Below, one piece after another: positions 1 to 7,839 of a DNA stretch of 64,000 nucleotides (its first letter is position 1; each line of letters opens with the position of its first letter). The position numbers were made by a program, and so were the translations under genes. Source of the stretch: an uncultured Clostridia bacterium. Lineage in GTDB: Bacteria > Bacillota > Clostridia > Oscillospirales > Oscillospiraceae. The DNA lies in the NCBI GenBank assembly GCA_947058885.1, contig CAMSIF010000001.1, forward strand, positions 19,997 through 83,996. Reading direction: 5' to 3'. The notes below the pieces were generated by a model that was given only the letters and a program-made list of their open reading frames with translations, had not been told where the DNA came from and searched no databases.

Positions 1-159
1 TTTGGCGTCCACGAAATCCGCGTCTGGATACCGGGTCCGCAGTTCCGCTGTGGAACCTACCGCGGCGATTTTTTCGCCGTCAACGGCTACGCCGCCGTCG
101 GGCAGGTACGGGAGGCCGGTATCCCGGGTGATAAGCCTGCCGTTTGCCAGAATATACAT
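1..159 (-). CDS. Metal-dependent amidohydrolase family protein, N-terminal fragment (gene continues off the left edge); nucleobase/MTA-SAH deaminase-like
   Basis: Own translation from ATG 159-157 gives MYILANGRLITRDTGLPYLPDGGVAVDGEKIAAVGSTAELRTRYPDADFVDAK. This is the typical N-terminal beta-sandwich of amidohydrolases. RBS AAGGAGG lies 7-8 nt upstream. It is too short for the ORF track. Confidence 0.55.
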   Translation of the reverse strand, partial: MYILANGRLITRDTGLPYLPDGGVAVDGEKIAAVGSTAELRTRYPDADFVDAK

Positions 160-197
160 GCTGTTTTCCTCCTTTTCAACTGCAAAGCTATGGGTTC

Positions 198-233
198 TAA
201 ATAAAAAATGTCCCAAACCGTTCGGTTTGAAAC
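198..233 (-). terminator. Intrinsic terminator inside the 5' leader of the amidohydrolase gene (attenuator)
   Basis: On the minus strand: GUUUCAAACCG-AA-CGGUUUGGGAC (11-bp stem including G.U pairs, 233-210), followed by AUUUUUUAUUU (209-198). It lies between the predicted promoter and the RBS. Confidence 0.5.
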
Positions 234-316
234 ATACAAGCAAAGGCCGAGCGATAGTTGCAGCCCGTGCGCAAAGCACTTCGTTACAGCTACCACAGTA
301 TGAAGTTTCTACCTTT

Positions 317-345
317 ATTATAAAGGCTTCCGGGAGAAATTGCAA
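317..345 (-). promoter_or_regulatory. Sigma-A-type promoter for the amidohydrolase leader
   Basis: TTGCAA (345-340), 17-nt spacer, TATAAT (322-317) on the minus strand. Confidence 0.5.
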
Positions 346-452
346 GGAGAAAGTTTGAAGCGGTGTCCAAACCTTCCCCTTTTGTTTTGTGCAATTTGTC
401 AAAAAAATAAAATCAGCTTCTGAAGGAGTTGTGCGAAAGGGCATGGCGGGGG

Positions 453-1088
453 TTATTTAGTGCCGAAAATCCGGTCTCCGGCGTCGCCCAGACCGGGGAC
501 GATATAGCCGTGCTCGTTGAGATGGCTGTCCACCGCGCCGCAGTAGATGTCTACGTCAGGATGGGCCTCGCGGACGGCCTGTATGCCCTCGGGGGCGGCC
601 AGGAGGACCATGAGTTTAATGCCTACACAGCCGTATTCCTTCATAAAACCGATGGCGGCGGAGGCGGAGCCGCCGGTAGCCAGCATGGGGTCAACGATGA
701 GGACGTCGCGCTCGGCGATGTCTTTGGGCATTTTGCAGAAGTACTTTACCGGTTCAAGGGTTTCCTCGTCGCGGTAAAGGCCGATGTGGCCAACGCGGGC
801 GGAGGGGACCATACGCAGTACGCCGTCTACCAGGCCCAGACCGGCCCGGAGGATGGGGACGACGGCGAATTTTTTACCTTTGAGCGTGGGGGCCATGGTG
901 GAGCAGATTGGAGTTTCCACGGCGCGTTGGGTGAGGGGCAGGTCACGGGTGGCCTCGTAGGTCAGGAGCATGCCGATTTCGCTGACCAGTTCGCGGAAGT
1001 CCTTGGTGGAGGTGTTTTTGTCCCGGAGGATGGTGAGCTTGTGGGCTACCAGGGGGTGGTCTACGATGTGAACGTGTCCGCTGTTCAT
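453..1088 (-). CDS. upp: Uracil phosphoribosyltransferase
   Basis: 211 aa, full-length match to the Upp family ([27 protein letters not shown] loop [10 protein letters not shown]-terminal [18 protein letters not shown]). RBS GGGAGA. Confidence 0.95.
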   Translation of the reverse strand: MNSGHVHIVDHPLVAHKLTILRDKNTSTKDFRELVSEIGMLLTYEATRDLPLTQRAVETPICSTMAPTLKGKKFAVVPILRAGLGLVDGVLRMVPSARVGHIGLYRDEETLEPVKYFCKMPKDIAERDVLIVDPMLATGGSASAAIGFMKEYGCVGIKLMVLLAAPEGIQAVREAHPDVDIYCGAVDSHLNEHGYIVPGLGDAGDRIFGTK

Positions 1089-1125
1089 ATGCGTCTCCCT
1101 TCTTTCTCTTCGCAGTTGACATGTT

Positions 1126-1164
1126 TAAAGTTCTTTTTGATACTTTTTCTTTCAAGAAAAAGTA
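1126..1164. repeat. Copy 1 of a 39-40-nt AT-rich hairpin-containing repeat (inverted relative to copy 2 at 18964-19003)
   Basis: TAAAGTTCTTTTTGATACTTTTTCTTTCAAGAAAAAGTA. It contains the hairpin TACTTTTTC-TTTCAA-GAAAAAGTA and overlaps the tsaB stop codon. Confidence 0.7.
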
Positions 1165-1862
1165 TGACTGCCTTCCCGCGCCAATCTCTCCCGTTCCGCC
1201 TGGCTGAGACGGAGATAAACCGGGGTAAGTTCCTGGGGGGAGACCGCGCCGTTGGGCCAGAGATTGGCGGCGGCCATGCCTACGCCGATGGCGCTTTGCT
1301 GGCGGAGATGCGGAGGGGCCAAGCGGCAGGGAATGCCCTTCTGCTGGAAGAAGCCGCAGCAGAGCGGCGCGCCGTCTCCTACGATGGTGAGGGGCAGGTC
1401 CAGCGGGGCAAGGTCTCCGGCGGCATCCTCCAGGGAAATGGCGCGGTCGGGGCGCAGACGGGAAAGAGAACCGTTTCCGGATTGAAAGACGGCGTTGTAA
1501 ATCTGCTGCCGCCGGGCATCCATGGCGCAGACGATTATACCTTCGAGATGGGCCAAGGGCCAGGCCATGGCCTCCAGGGTGGAAACCGGGAGACAGGGCT
1601 TGTCCACCGCCCAGGCCAGGCCCTTGACGGCGGCAATGCCGATGCGAAGGCCGGTGAAGGACCCGGGGCCAGCCGCTACGGCAAAAGCGTCTATATCCGC
1701 GAGGGACAGCTCGCAGTTGCGGAGCATGTCCTGTACCATGGGCAGGAGGGTGCGGCTGTGGGTGAGGCCGGTACACTGCCAGGAGGTGGCAGCGGGAATA
1801 CCGCCGTCCAGCACGGCGCAGGAGGCGGCCTTTGCGGAGGTCTCCAAAGCCAGTATTTTCAT
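1152..1862 (-). CDS. tsaB: tRNA t6A37 threonylcarbamoyl-transfer complex dimerisation subunit TsaB (YeaZ)
   Basis: MKILALETSAKAASCAVLDGG...GPGSFTGLRIGIAAVKGLAW is the canonical TsaB N-terminus. The start is taken at the internal ATG 1862, which overlaps the tsaE stop as ATGA. Confidence 0.9.
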   Translation of the reverse strand: MKILALETSAKAASCAVLDGGIPAATSWQCTGLTHSRTLLPMVQDMLRNCELSLADIDAFAVAAGPGSFTGLRIGIAAVKGLAWAVDKPCLPVSTLEAMAWPLAHLEGIIVCAMDARRQQIYNAVFQSGNGSLSRLRPDRAISLEDAAGDLAPLDLPLTIVGDGAPLCCGFFQQKGIPCRLAPPHLRQQSAIGVGMAAANLWPNGAVSPQELTPVYLRLSQAERERLAREGSHTFS

Positions 1863-2287
1863 TGGTGGGACACCCCTTCCACGCGGATTTGCCGCCAATC
1901 CCCGTTTTCTTCGCAGCGGAGAATCTCTACGGTGACCGTTCCTTCGGGCAGAGCGTGGGCCGCGCGTTCGCTCCACTCCACGGCGCATACGCCGCCGCGG
2001 CCGAGATAGTCCTCCCAGCCGATGTCGAAGAGTTCGTCCTCGCCGCCCAGGCGGTAGAGGTCAAAATGAAACAGGGGGATAGGGCCGTCGTATTCGTTGA
2101 CAATAGTAAAGGTGGGACTTGTTACCCGGCCTGTACAGCCAAGGCCTTGGGCCAGTCCACGGGTAAAGGCGGTTTTGCCCGCGCCCAGACCGCCGGTATA
2201 GGCGATAACGTCCCCGGGACGCAGGCGGGAGGCGAGGGCCTGTCCCAAGGCTTCTGTTTCGATTTCGCTGTGGGAGAGGTACTCCAT
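1859..2287 (-). CDS. tsaE: tRNA t6A37 ATPase TsaE (YjeE)
   Basis: Walker A GGLGAGKTAFTRG, SPTFTIVNEY and HFDLYRL motifs. The start at MEYLSH (2287) is preceded by GGGAGG. Confidence 0.9.
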   Translation of the reverse strand: MEYLSHSEIETEALGQALASRLRPGDVIAYTGGLGAGKTAFTRGLAQGLGCTGRVTSPTFTIVNEYDGPIPLFHFDLYRLGGEDELFDIGWEDYLGRGGVCAVEWSERAAHALPEGTVTVEILRCEENGDWRQIRVEGVSHQ

Positions 2288-2384
2288 GGCTGATTCCTCC
2301 CAAATATGGTTTTGTGTTCCAGAGTAGTATACCATAGAATCTGTCCTGGGAAAAGGGGCGGGTGAAAAAATTTTTCAATGCGCA

Positions 2385-2430
2385 CATTACCCCCCTGGCA
2401 CGGTTGGTCCGCCGCGTCAGGGGGGTAATG
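2385..2430 (-). terminator. Hairpin terminator downstream of the Asn/Gly-rich lipoprotein gene
   Basis: 13-bp stem CATTACCCCCCTG / CAGGGGGGTAATG with a 20-nt loop. A T-rich stretch lies a few nt downstream on the minus strand. Confidence 0.4.
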
Positions 2431-2450
2431 CCTATTGGTGGGGTTACCGG

Positions 2451-2963
2451 TTACCAGCGGCTATTTTCGCCGTCGGTGAGAACGCCGTCGGTATCGTGAA
2501 CTCTGGCGTTATCCAGCATTTGCTCAAAGCTGGACATGTTTGCGCTGCGGGTGGTGCCGCCGTCCAGCAGATCGTCTACGGCGCGGCCCATGTCGTCTAC
2601 CGCGCTGCGTACGCCGTTGCCAATGCTGCGTCCGGGGTTGTTGTTGGTTGTGCCGTTGTTGCCGGTTGTGCCGTTGTCGTTGATGATGCCGTTATTGCCG
2701 GGGACGTCATTGTTGCCGGTGATGCCGTTGTTGGCTGTGCCGTTGTTGTTGGTGACGCCGCCGCTACCGGCAGGACCATTGTTTCCGGCAGTGCCGTTGT
2801 TGCCAAGAGAGCTGTTGCCGTTGTGCTGGTTGTTGTTGGTGGTCTGGCCGTTGTTGGGACCTCCGTTGTTGTTGGAGCTGTTATTGCCGTTGTCCTTGTT
2901 GCCGCAGGCTGCCAGCGTCAGTACAAGAGCTGCGGCAGCTGCAAGAATCGCTGCTTTTTTCAT
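2451..2963 (-). CDS. Asn/Gly-rich low-complexity lipoprotein (function unknown)
   Basis: Signal peptide plus lipobox MKKAAILAAAAALVLTLAAC, strong RBS GGAGGGAGG, about 95 aa of NNG(T/A)xGNNG-type repeats, then a 55-aa non-repetitive C-terminus. Confidence 0.75.
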   Translation of the reverse strand: MKKAAILAAAAALVLTLAACGNKDNGNNSSNNNGGPNNGQTTNNNQHNGNSSLGNNGTAGNNGPAGSGGVTNNNGTANNGITGNNDVPGNNGIINDNGTTGNNGTTNNNPGRSIGNGVRSAVDDMGRAVDDLLDGGTTRSANMSSFEQMLDNARVHDTDGVLTDGENSRW

Positions 2964-3075
2964 CTCATCTTCCTCCCTCCTGATATTGCGCGGAAACCGC
3001 GCTGGTTCTAGTATGGACGGAGGACGCGATTTTACCGCTGGCTATTTTTTGTAAAATCTGCGCGGAATTGGCTGG

Positions 3076-3408
3076 TTACGTCCGGACCGGCTGCTTGCGC
3101 AGGCCAATCATCTCCAGAATTTCCTCTTTGGATTTGCCGCCAACCTCCCGGCGGACCATCTCGCCGTTTTCAAAAAGCATCAGCGTGGGAATACTCATAA
3201 TGCGGTACTGCCGGGCCAGCTCCTGCTGCTCGTCTACGTTGACCTTGCCTACCTTCACCTTGTCCTGCTCAGCGGCGATTTCATCTACCGTGGGAGCAAG
3301 GGCCATGCAGGGGCCGCACCATCCCGCCCAGAAGTCTACCAGTACAGGACGGTCCGCTTTTAAAACCTCCTGGTCAAAATTTTCCGTTGTTAATGTTATA
3401 TATGCCAT
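3076..3408 (-). CDS. trxA: Thioredoxin
   Basis: LVDFWAGWCGPCMALAP active site (WCGPC) in a 110-aa thioredoxin fold. The start is chosen at MAYITL (3408), 7 nt after AGGAG. An ATG at 3414 is an alternative. Confidence 0.9.
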   Translation of the reverse strand: MAYITLTTENFDQEVLKADRPVLVDFWAGWCGPCMALAPTVDEIAAEQDKVKVGKVNVDEQQELARQYRIMSIPTLMLFENGEMVRREVGGKSKEEILEMIGLRKQPVRT

Positions 3409-3447
3409 TTTCATTCTCCTTTCCGCACTGAGGCGTTGACAGCCTAT

Positions 3448-3476
3448 AGTATACCCCACTTTTTCAAAAAGCTCAA
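3448..3476 (-). promoter_or_regulatory. Sigma-A-type promoter of trxA
   Basis: Minus strand: TTGAGC (3476-3471), 17 nt, TATACT (3453-3448). Confidence 0.45.
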
Positions 3477-3556
3477 CTATTTTTCTCACATTCCCTCCGC
3501 CGCCGCACCATCCGCCTTTCCCGGTCATAGGATGGGACAGACAAACGAGGAGGATT

Positions 3557-4297
3557 ATGCCTATGCCTAGTATCTTTTTAAGCCCGTCTACTCAGGAAAA
3601 TAACGCTTACGTCACCGGAAGCGGCAGCGAGGAGTATTGGATGAACCGCCTGGCGGACGCCATGATTCCCTATCTCAACAGCTGCGGTATCCAGTACACC
3701 CGCAATACCCCCGATATGACCGCTGGAAGCTCCATCCGGCTGGCAAACCAGGGCTGGTACGATTTTTACCTGGCCCTCCATTCCAACGCTGCTGGAGAGG
3801 GGAATTACGGCGGCGTACGGGGCATTATCGCTTTCTACTATCCCAGCAGTACCCAGGGCCAGCGGGCCGCCCAGATTTTTGTCAACAATTTAAGGGAAAT
3901 CTATCCCCTGCCTGATAAGGTAGTCACGCGCTCTACTACTACCCTGGGCGAGGTCCGGGATTCTAAATTTCCCGCCAATCTCCTGGAGCTGGGTTACCAC
4001 GATAACTACGAGGACGCAAGATGGATCGAAGGGAATATTCCCGAAATCGCACGCAATCTGGTGCTGAGCCTCACCGACTATTTCGATATCCCCTTCATCT
4101 GGCCCACTACGCCCTGGGAGGGTACCGTCCAGGTCAGCGGTACCTTGAACCTGCGCAGCCGTCCCTCTACCAACGCCTCTGTTGTCACCAGCATTCCCAA
4201 CGGCGCTGAGGTGCGGATTTACGGACGCTATGAGGATTGGTATGTGGTGCGGTACGGCGATTACGTTGGCTACGCGGCCGCCCAATATATTGTCTGA
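3557..4297 (+). CDS. N-acetylmuramoyl-L-alanine amidase (Amidase_3 type) with C-terminal SH3b domain
   Basis: IFLSPSTQ..N, LALHSNA and ELGYHDN (Zn-ligand and catalytic positions of the Amidase_3/CwlD-like fold). The C-terminus GTLNLRSRPS...YEDWYVVRYGDYVGYAAAQYI is SH3_3-like. The start could also be ATG 3563. Confidence 0.85.
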   Translation: MPMPSIFLSPSTQENNAYVTGSGSEEYWMNRLADAMIPYLNSCGIQYTRNTPDMTAGSSIRLANQGWYDFYLALHSNAAGEGNYGGVRGIIAFYYPSSTQGQRAAQIFVNNLREIYPLPDKVVTRSTTTLGEVRDSKFPANLLELGYHDNYEDARWIEGNIPEIARNLVLSLTDYFDIPFIWPTTPWEGTVQVSGTLNLRSRPSTNASVVTSIPNGAEVRIYGRYEDWYVVRYGDYVGYAAAQYIV

Positions 4298-4393
4298 CAC
4301 GCCGCTCTCTTCTGTCCTCGGGAAAAAGCCGTTGTGTTTTCCTTTCAACTGCGGTATACTGAACCTATTAGATGGAAAGGACGGACAGAGAGT

Positions 4394-5542
4394 ATGAAAC
4401 GGAAGGTACTCATGAAACGGCTGGCTTCGCTGGCCCTGGCACTGCTTCTGGCGGCCTCCCTGGCTCCAGCGGCCCTGGCCGCAGGGGACAGTTCCTCCGG
4501 AATGACGAATTTTAAGAAAATACGGTCCTATCCCGGCTTTTCTGACGTGCAGGAGGACGCGTGGTACTACGCCGGTGTGCGCAGCGCGTACGAGCTGGGA
4601 CTCATTAATGGCAGGGACGGCGTATTTGACCCCCAGGGAAAGCTGTCTCTGGCGGAAGCTGTCACCATGGCGGTCAACGTATCCGCAGTCTATTCCGGCG
4701 CGGACTTCACCCCCGGCGGCAGCCCCTGGTACGATAATGCCGTGCGTTATGCGGAGGAGAACGGTATCATTTCACCGGAGGAATACGGGAATTTTAACGC
4801 CCCCGCTTCCCGGGCCGATGTGGCGCAGATGTTCGCCAACTGCATCAACGGCGAGGATTTGGGCCGTATCAACCGGATTGCCTGGATTCCCGATGTAACC
4901 CCGGAGACCAGCTGCTGGAGCTGCGTATACGCGCTCTATCACGCGGGCGTGCTGGCCGGAGACGATTCCGGACGCTTCCGGCCCGGCGATACCATCACCC
5001 GGGCCGAGGCCGCCGCCATCCTGAACCGCGTGGCGGACCCCGGCAAACGCTTATCCTTCTCCCTCACCGCCAGCGCACCCGGTAAAGTGACTACATCCGG
5101 CAACGGCAGCTTCCGGCTCAGTATCCCGGAGGACCAGGGGTGGGAACTGGCAAAAAATATTGTTGACGAGGCGGGCAGCTGCCGGATGTATGTCCGGCAG
5201 GAAAACCTGAGCGCCACCTTGCAGATTGACGCTTACAGCAAAAATACCTATCCCGATATGACCGCCGCCGGTTCCGCCCTGGAGGACGAGGATTTTATGC
5301 GGGAGGATTTTGGCGGTGCCGTCAGCGGCGGGGTCCGCCCCAGCTGGACCCGGGGCCTTAACGGCTTCTCCTTTGACTATACCTACGAAACGGATTCCGG
5401 CGGCAAAGTCAACGGCAGGTACTCCTGTATGGAAAACAGCCAGTACGTGATTACGGTCTGGATGGACTGGGACCAGGACTGCCCGGAAGATGTGTATAAC
5501 CGCCTGCAAGAGCTGCTGATGTCCTTTGACGCGGCCATGTAA
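4394..5542 (+). CDS. S-layer-homology (SLH) domain cell-wall protein
   Basis: Signal peptide MKRKVLMKRLASLALALLLAASLAPAALA. Three SLH-like repeats follow (FSDVQEDAWYYAGV..., PWYDNAVRYAEENGII..., YALYHAGVLAGDDSGRFRPGDTITRAEAAAIL), then a C-terminal domain of about 150 aa that I do not recognise. Confidence 0.8.
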   Translation: MKRKVLMKRLASLALALLLAASLAPAALAAGDSSSGMTNFKKIRSYPGFSDVQEDAWYYAGVRSAYELGLINGRDGVFDPQGKLSLAEAVTMAVNVSAVYSGADFTPGGSPWYDNAVRYAEENGIISPEEYGNFNAPASRADVAQMFANCINGEDLGRINRIAWIPDVTPETSCWSCVYALYHAGVLAGDDSGRFRPGDTITRAEAAAILNRVADPGKRLSFSLTASAPGKVTTSGNGSFRLSIPEDQGWELAKNIVDEAGSCRMYVRQENLSATLQIDAYSKNTYPDMTAAGSALEDEDFMREDFGGAVSGGVRPSWTRGLNGFSFDYTYETDSGGKVNGRYSCMENSQYVITVWMDWDQDCPEDVYNRLQELLMSFDAAM

Positions 5543-5629
5543 ACAGCCGCCTGTATGCGGCGGTGTCCCGTACACCGGGGATACCGCCGCTTTCCCTTGC
5601 GCCAATTTCTCAGGCGGCGAAAATATTTC

Positions 5630-5658
5630 TTGCATTTTATTTTCAGCTGTGCTATAAT
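5630..5658 (+). promoter_or_regulatory. Sigma-A-type promoter of tRNA-Gly
   Basis: TTGCAT (5630-5635), 17-nt spacer, TATAAT (5653-5658), about 17 nt before the tRNA 5' end. Confidence 0.6.
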
Positions 5659-5675
5659 CATACAGTCAATAATAT

Positions 5676-5749
5676 GCAGGGTTAGTACATCGGTAGTACA
5701 TCGGCTTCCCAAGCCGAGGAGGCGGGTTCGATTCCCGTACCCTGCTCCA
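5676..5749 (+). tRNA. tRNA-Gly (anticodon CCC), CCA encoded
   Basis: Hand-folded cloverleaf. Acceptor GCAGGGT/ACCCTGC, D stem GTAC/GTAC, anticodon stem TCGGC/GCCGA with loop TTCCCAA, T stem GCGGG/CCCGT with loop TTCGATT, discriminator U, 3' CCA. 74 nt. Confidence 0.9.
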
Positions 5750-5754
5750 AAACG

Positions 5755-5792
5755 GGGAAGTCCTGTTACGCAGGGCTTCCCTGCTTTTTATT
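5755..5792 (+). terminator. Intrinsic terminator after tRNA-Gly
   Basis: 11-bp stem GGGAAGTCCTG / CAGGGCTTCCC with loop TTACG, followed by TGCTTTTTATT. Confidence 0.7.
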
Positions 5793-5957
5793 CTCCTACC
5801 CCGGCTTTCTCCAGGCTCTCGCGCCAGTCCCGCTCCGAAAGACCGGCCCGAAGGGCTTCGTGGACCGTACCGGGCAGACCGGCCTCCCTCCATTAGCTCC
5901 CGCTGCTGCGCATAAAAGTCCTCGGACGCCCCCTCGTTTTCCATTTTCCCGCCATAG

Positions 5958-6005
5958 GTATAAAAAACGATGGGAGGCCAGTTCAGACAACACTGAACTG
6001 GCCTC
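5958..6005 (-). terminator. Intrinsic terminator of the Na/Pi symporter gene
   Basis: 13-bp perfect stem GAGGCCAGTTCAG / CTGAACTGGCCTC (5974-6005). On the minus strand it is followed by CCATCGTTTTTTATA. Confidence 0.7.
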
Positions 6006-6033
6006 CTCCAGACCGGCGCGGTCCCGGATGGTT

Positions 6034-7791
6034 TTACTTTTTAGCAAGCTGATACCGCGCCATGTAGGCGTCAAAGGCGGACTGGAAAGCGGCGTTTCCG
6101 GCGTTCTTGACGCCGTTGAGGTATTCGTGCGCCTGATAGGCGTTCTGCGCGGTCTCAATCTGCGCTACCGCAATATTGGAGCAGTGGTCGCTGACGCGCT
6201 CGCAGTTGGTCAGCAGGTCGGAGAGAACAAACCCCATCTCAATAGTGCAATCCCCCTTTTGCAGGCGGGAGATGTGGTTGGACTTAATATCCGTAATCAA
6301 ATAGTCAATCACCTGCTCCAGCGGCTCCACCTTCACCGCCAGCTCCAGGTCGTTTTCCGCAAAGGCCCGGGTGGTGACATCCAATATCTCCGTCAGTGCG
6401 GCCAGAAGATTGGAGAGCTCCCCGGCGGCCTGACCGGAAAACTGAATCTCCTTCTCATAAATTTCCTGAGCCGTGCCCACTAGGTTCAGCGCGTGGTCGC
6501 CGATACGCTCAAAGTCGCCGATGGTGTGGAGCTGCTTGGAGACGTTGCGGCTGTCCTCGTCCGAGGCGGATTTACTGCCCAGCTGGACCAATATCGTACC
6601 CAGACGGTCCTCGTACATGTCCAGACGGTCCTCGTTTTCCCGCACCTGTTCCGCTACCTTTTCGTCATACGTCCCCAACAGGCTCATGGCCTGGAGAATG
6701 GTGGCTTTGGCCAGCTCGGCCATTTCCACCGTCTTGTTGCCGCACTCGGCGATGGCTACCGAGGGCGTGGCCAGCAGGCGGGAATCCAGGAAGGTATATT
6801 CCGGCTTCTCCTGGCTGTCCTCCTTGACCACCAGGAAGGCCAGACGTTCCAGCTGCTTTGAGAACGGCAGCAGCAGCGCGGTGGTGGCGATATTGAAGAT
6901 GCTGTGGACAACGGCGATGCCGGTGGGGTGAATCAGCCGCTCCATGAAGGTAAATTCGACGAAAAGTCCCGCGCCATAGAACAGCAGCAGTCCCACCGTG
7001 GTGCCGATGAGGTTAAAGGAAATATGTATGACGGAAACCCGCCGGGCGTTGCGGTTGCCGCCTACGCTGGAGAGCAGCGCGGTCATACAGGTGCCGATAT
7101 TCTGGCCCATGATGATAGGCAGAGCCATACCGTAGGTGATGCCGCCGGTCATTGACAACGCCTGGAGAATGCCCACCGAGGCGGCGGAGGAGTGGAGCAG
7201 GGCGGTCAGCACCGCGCCCACCGCCACGCCGATAAAGGGGTTGGTAAAGGCGGTGAGGATAGAGGTAAACTCCGGCATGTCCGCCAGGGGACTGACCGCG
7301 TTTTTCATCATCGTGGTGCCGTACATCAGGATGGCAAAGCCTACCATAATCGACCCCGCGCTGCGGCGGCGTCCGCCCTTGTTCACTGTGCGCAGGATAA
7401 CCCCGGCCAGGGCCACCAGAGGCGCGAAGTTCTCCGGCTTGAGCAGCTGGAGCCAGAAGGAATTGCTGTCGATCCCGGAAAGAGACAAAATCCAGGCCGT
7501 CAGCGTGGTACCCACGTTGGAACCCATGATGACGCCAATAGTCTGTCCCAGCTCCATAATGCCGGAGTTGACCAGTCCCACCAGCATAACGGTCACCGCG
7601 CCGGAGGACTGAATGGCAATGGTGATGCCAGCGCCCAGCAGCAGGCCCTTCAAGGGATTGGAGGTCATTTTTTTCAGAAGCTGTTCCAATCTGCCTCCTG
7701 CCAGCTTTTCCAGGCGGGAGGACATGAGGGACATGCCGTAGAGGAAAAAGGCGATGCCCCCACAGAGGGTGAAGAGGGAGAAAATATCCAT
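6034..7791 (-). CDS. Na+/phosphate symporter family protein with C-terminal PhoU-like domains (NptA/YjbB type)
   Basis: N-terminal half has the duplicated Na_Pi_cotrans motifs (GAGITIAIQSSGAVTVM, GQNIGTCMTALLSS). The C-terminal half is PhoU-like helical repeats (ERIGDHALN, ERVSDHCSNIA). The start is at MDIFSLF (7791). Confidence 0.9.
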   Translation of the reverse strand: MDIFSLFTLCGGIAFFLYGMSLMSSRLEKLAGGRLEQLLKKMTSNPLKGLLLGAGITIAIQSSGAVTVMLVGLVNSGIMELGQTIGVIMGSNVGTTLTAWILSLSGIDSNSFWLQLLKPENFAPLVALAGVILRTVNKGGRRRSAGSIMVGFAILMYGTTMMKNAVSPLADMPEFTSILTAFTNPFIGVAVGAVLTALLHSSAASVGILQALSMTGGITYGMALPIIMGQNIGTCMTALLSSVGGNRNARRVSVIHISFNLIGTTVGLLLFYGAGLFVEFTFMERLIHPTGIAVVHSIFNIATTALLLPFSKQLERLAFLVVKEDSQEKPEYTFLDSRLLATPSVAIAECGNKTVEMAELAKATILQAMSLLGTYDEKVAEQVRENEDRLDMYEDRLGTILVQLGSKSASDEDSRNVSKQLHTIGDFERIGDHALNLVGTAQEIYEKEIQFSGQAAGELSNLLAALTEILDVTTRAFAENDLELAVKVEPLEQVIDYLITDIKSNHISRLQKGDCTIEMGFVLSDLLTNCERVSDHCSNIAVAQIETAQNAYQAHEYLNGVKNAGNAAFQSAFDAYMARYQLAKK

Positions 7792-7839
7792 TTGTATCTC
7801 CTTATCCGTTTTGTATATATTCCCAACTATCCCATTTTC

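Noticed and set aside
1089-1151. Looked for a PyrR binding loop or attenuator upstream of upp
   Set aside because: There is no ARUCCAGAGAGGCU-like motif. The only structure is the AT-rich hairpin repeat described separately.
429-2009. 526-aa plus-strand ORF spanning the upp, tsaB and tsaE region
   Set aside because: It is antisense to three genes with unambiguous family matches. Its composition is Gly/Ala/Val/Arg-rich and it has no RBS. Long stop-free antisense frames are expected in a genome with this G+C and third-position bias.
2496-3054. Two overlapping plus-strand ORFs (171 and 172 aa) made of Val/Ala/Leu/Pro runs
   Set aside because: They are the mirror image of the Asn/Gly-repeat lipoprotein gene (GTT/GCC repeats read on the other strand). 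They have no RBS or signal features, while the minus-strand gene has an RBS, a signal peptide and a lipobox.
5666-5944. 92-aa minus-strand ORF overlapping tRNA-Gly
   Set aside because: Most of it is antisense to the tRNA and its terminator, and its sequence is Arg/Ser/Pro-rich. Only its first roughly 20 codons look coding. These are discussed as a possible remnant in the findings.
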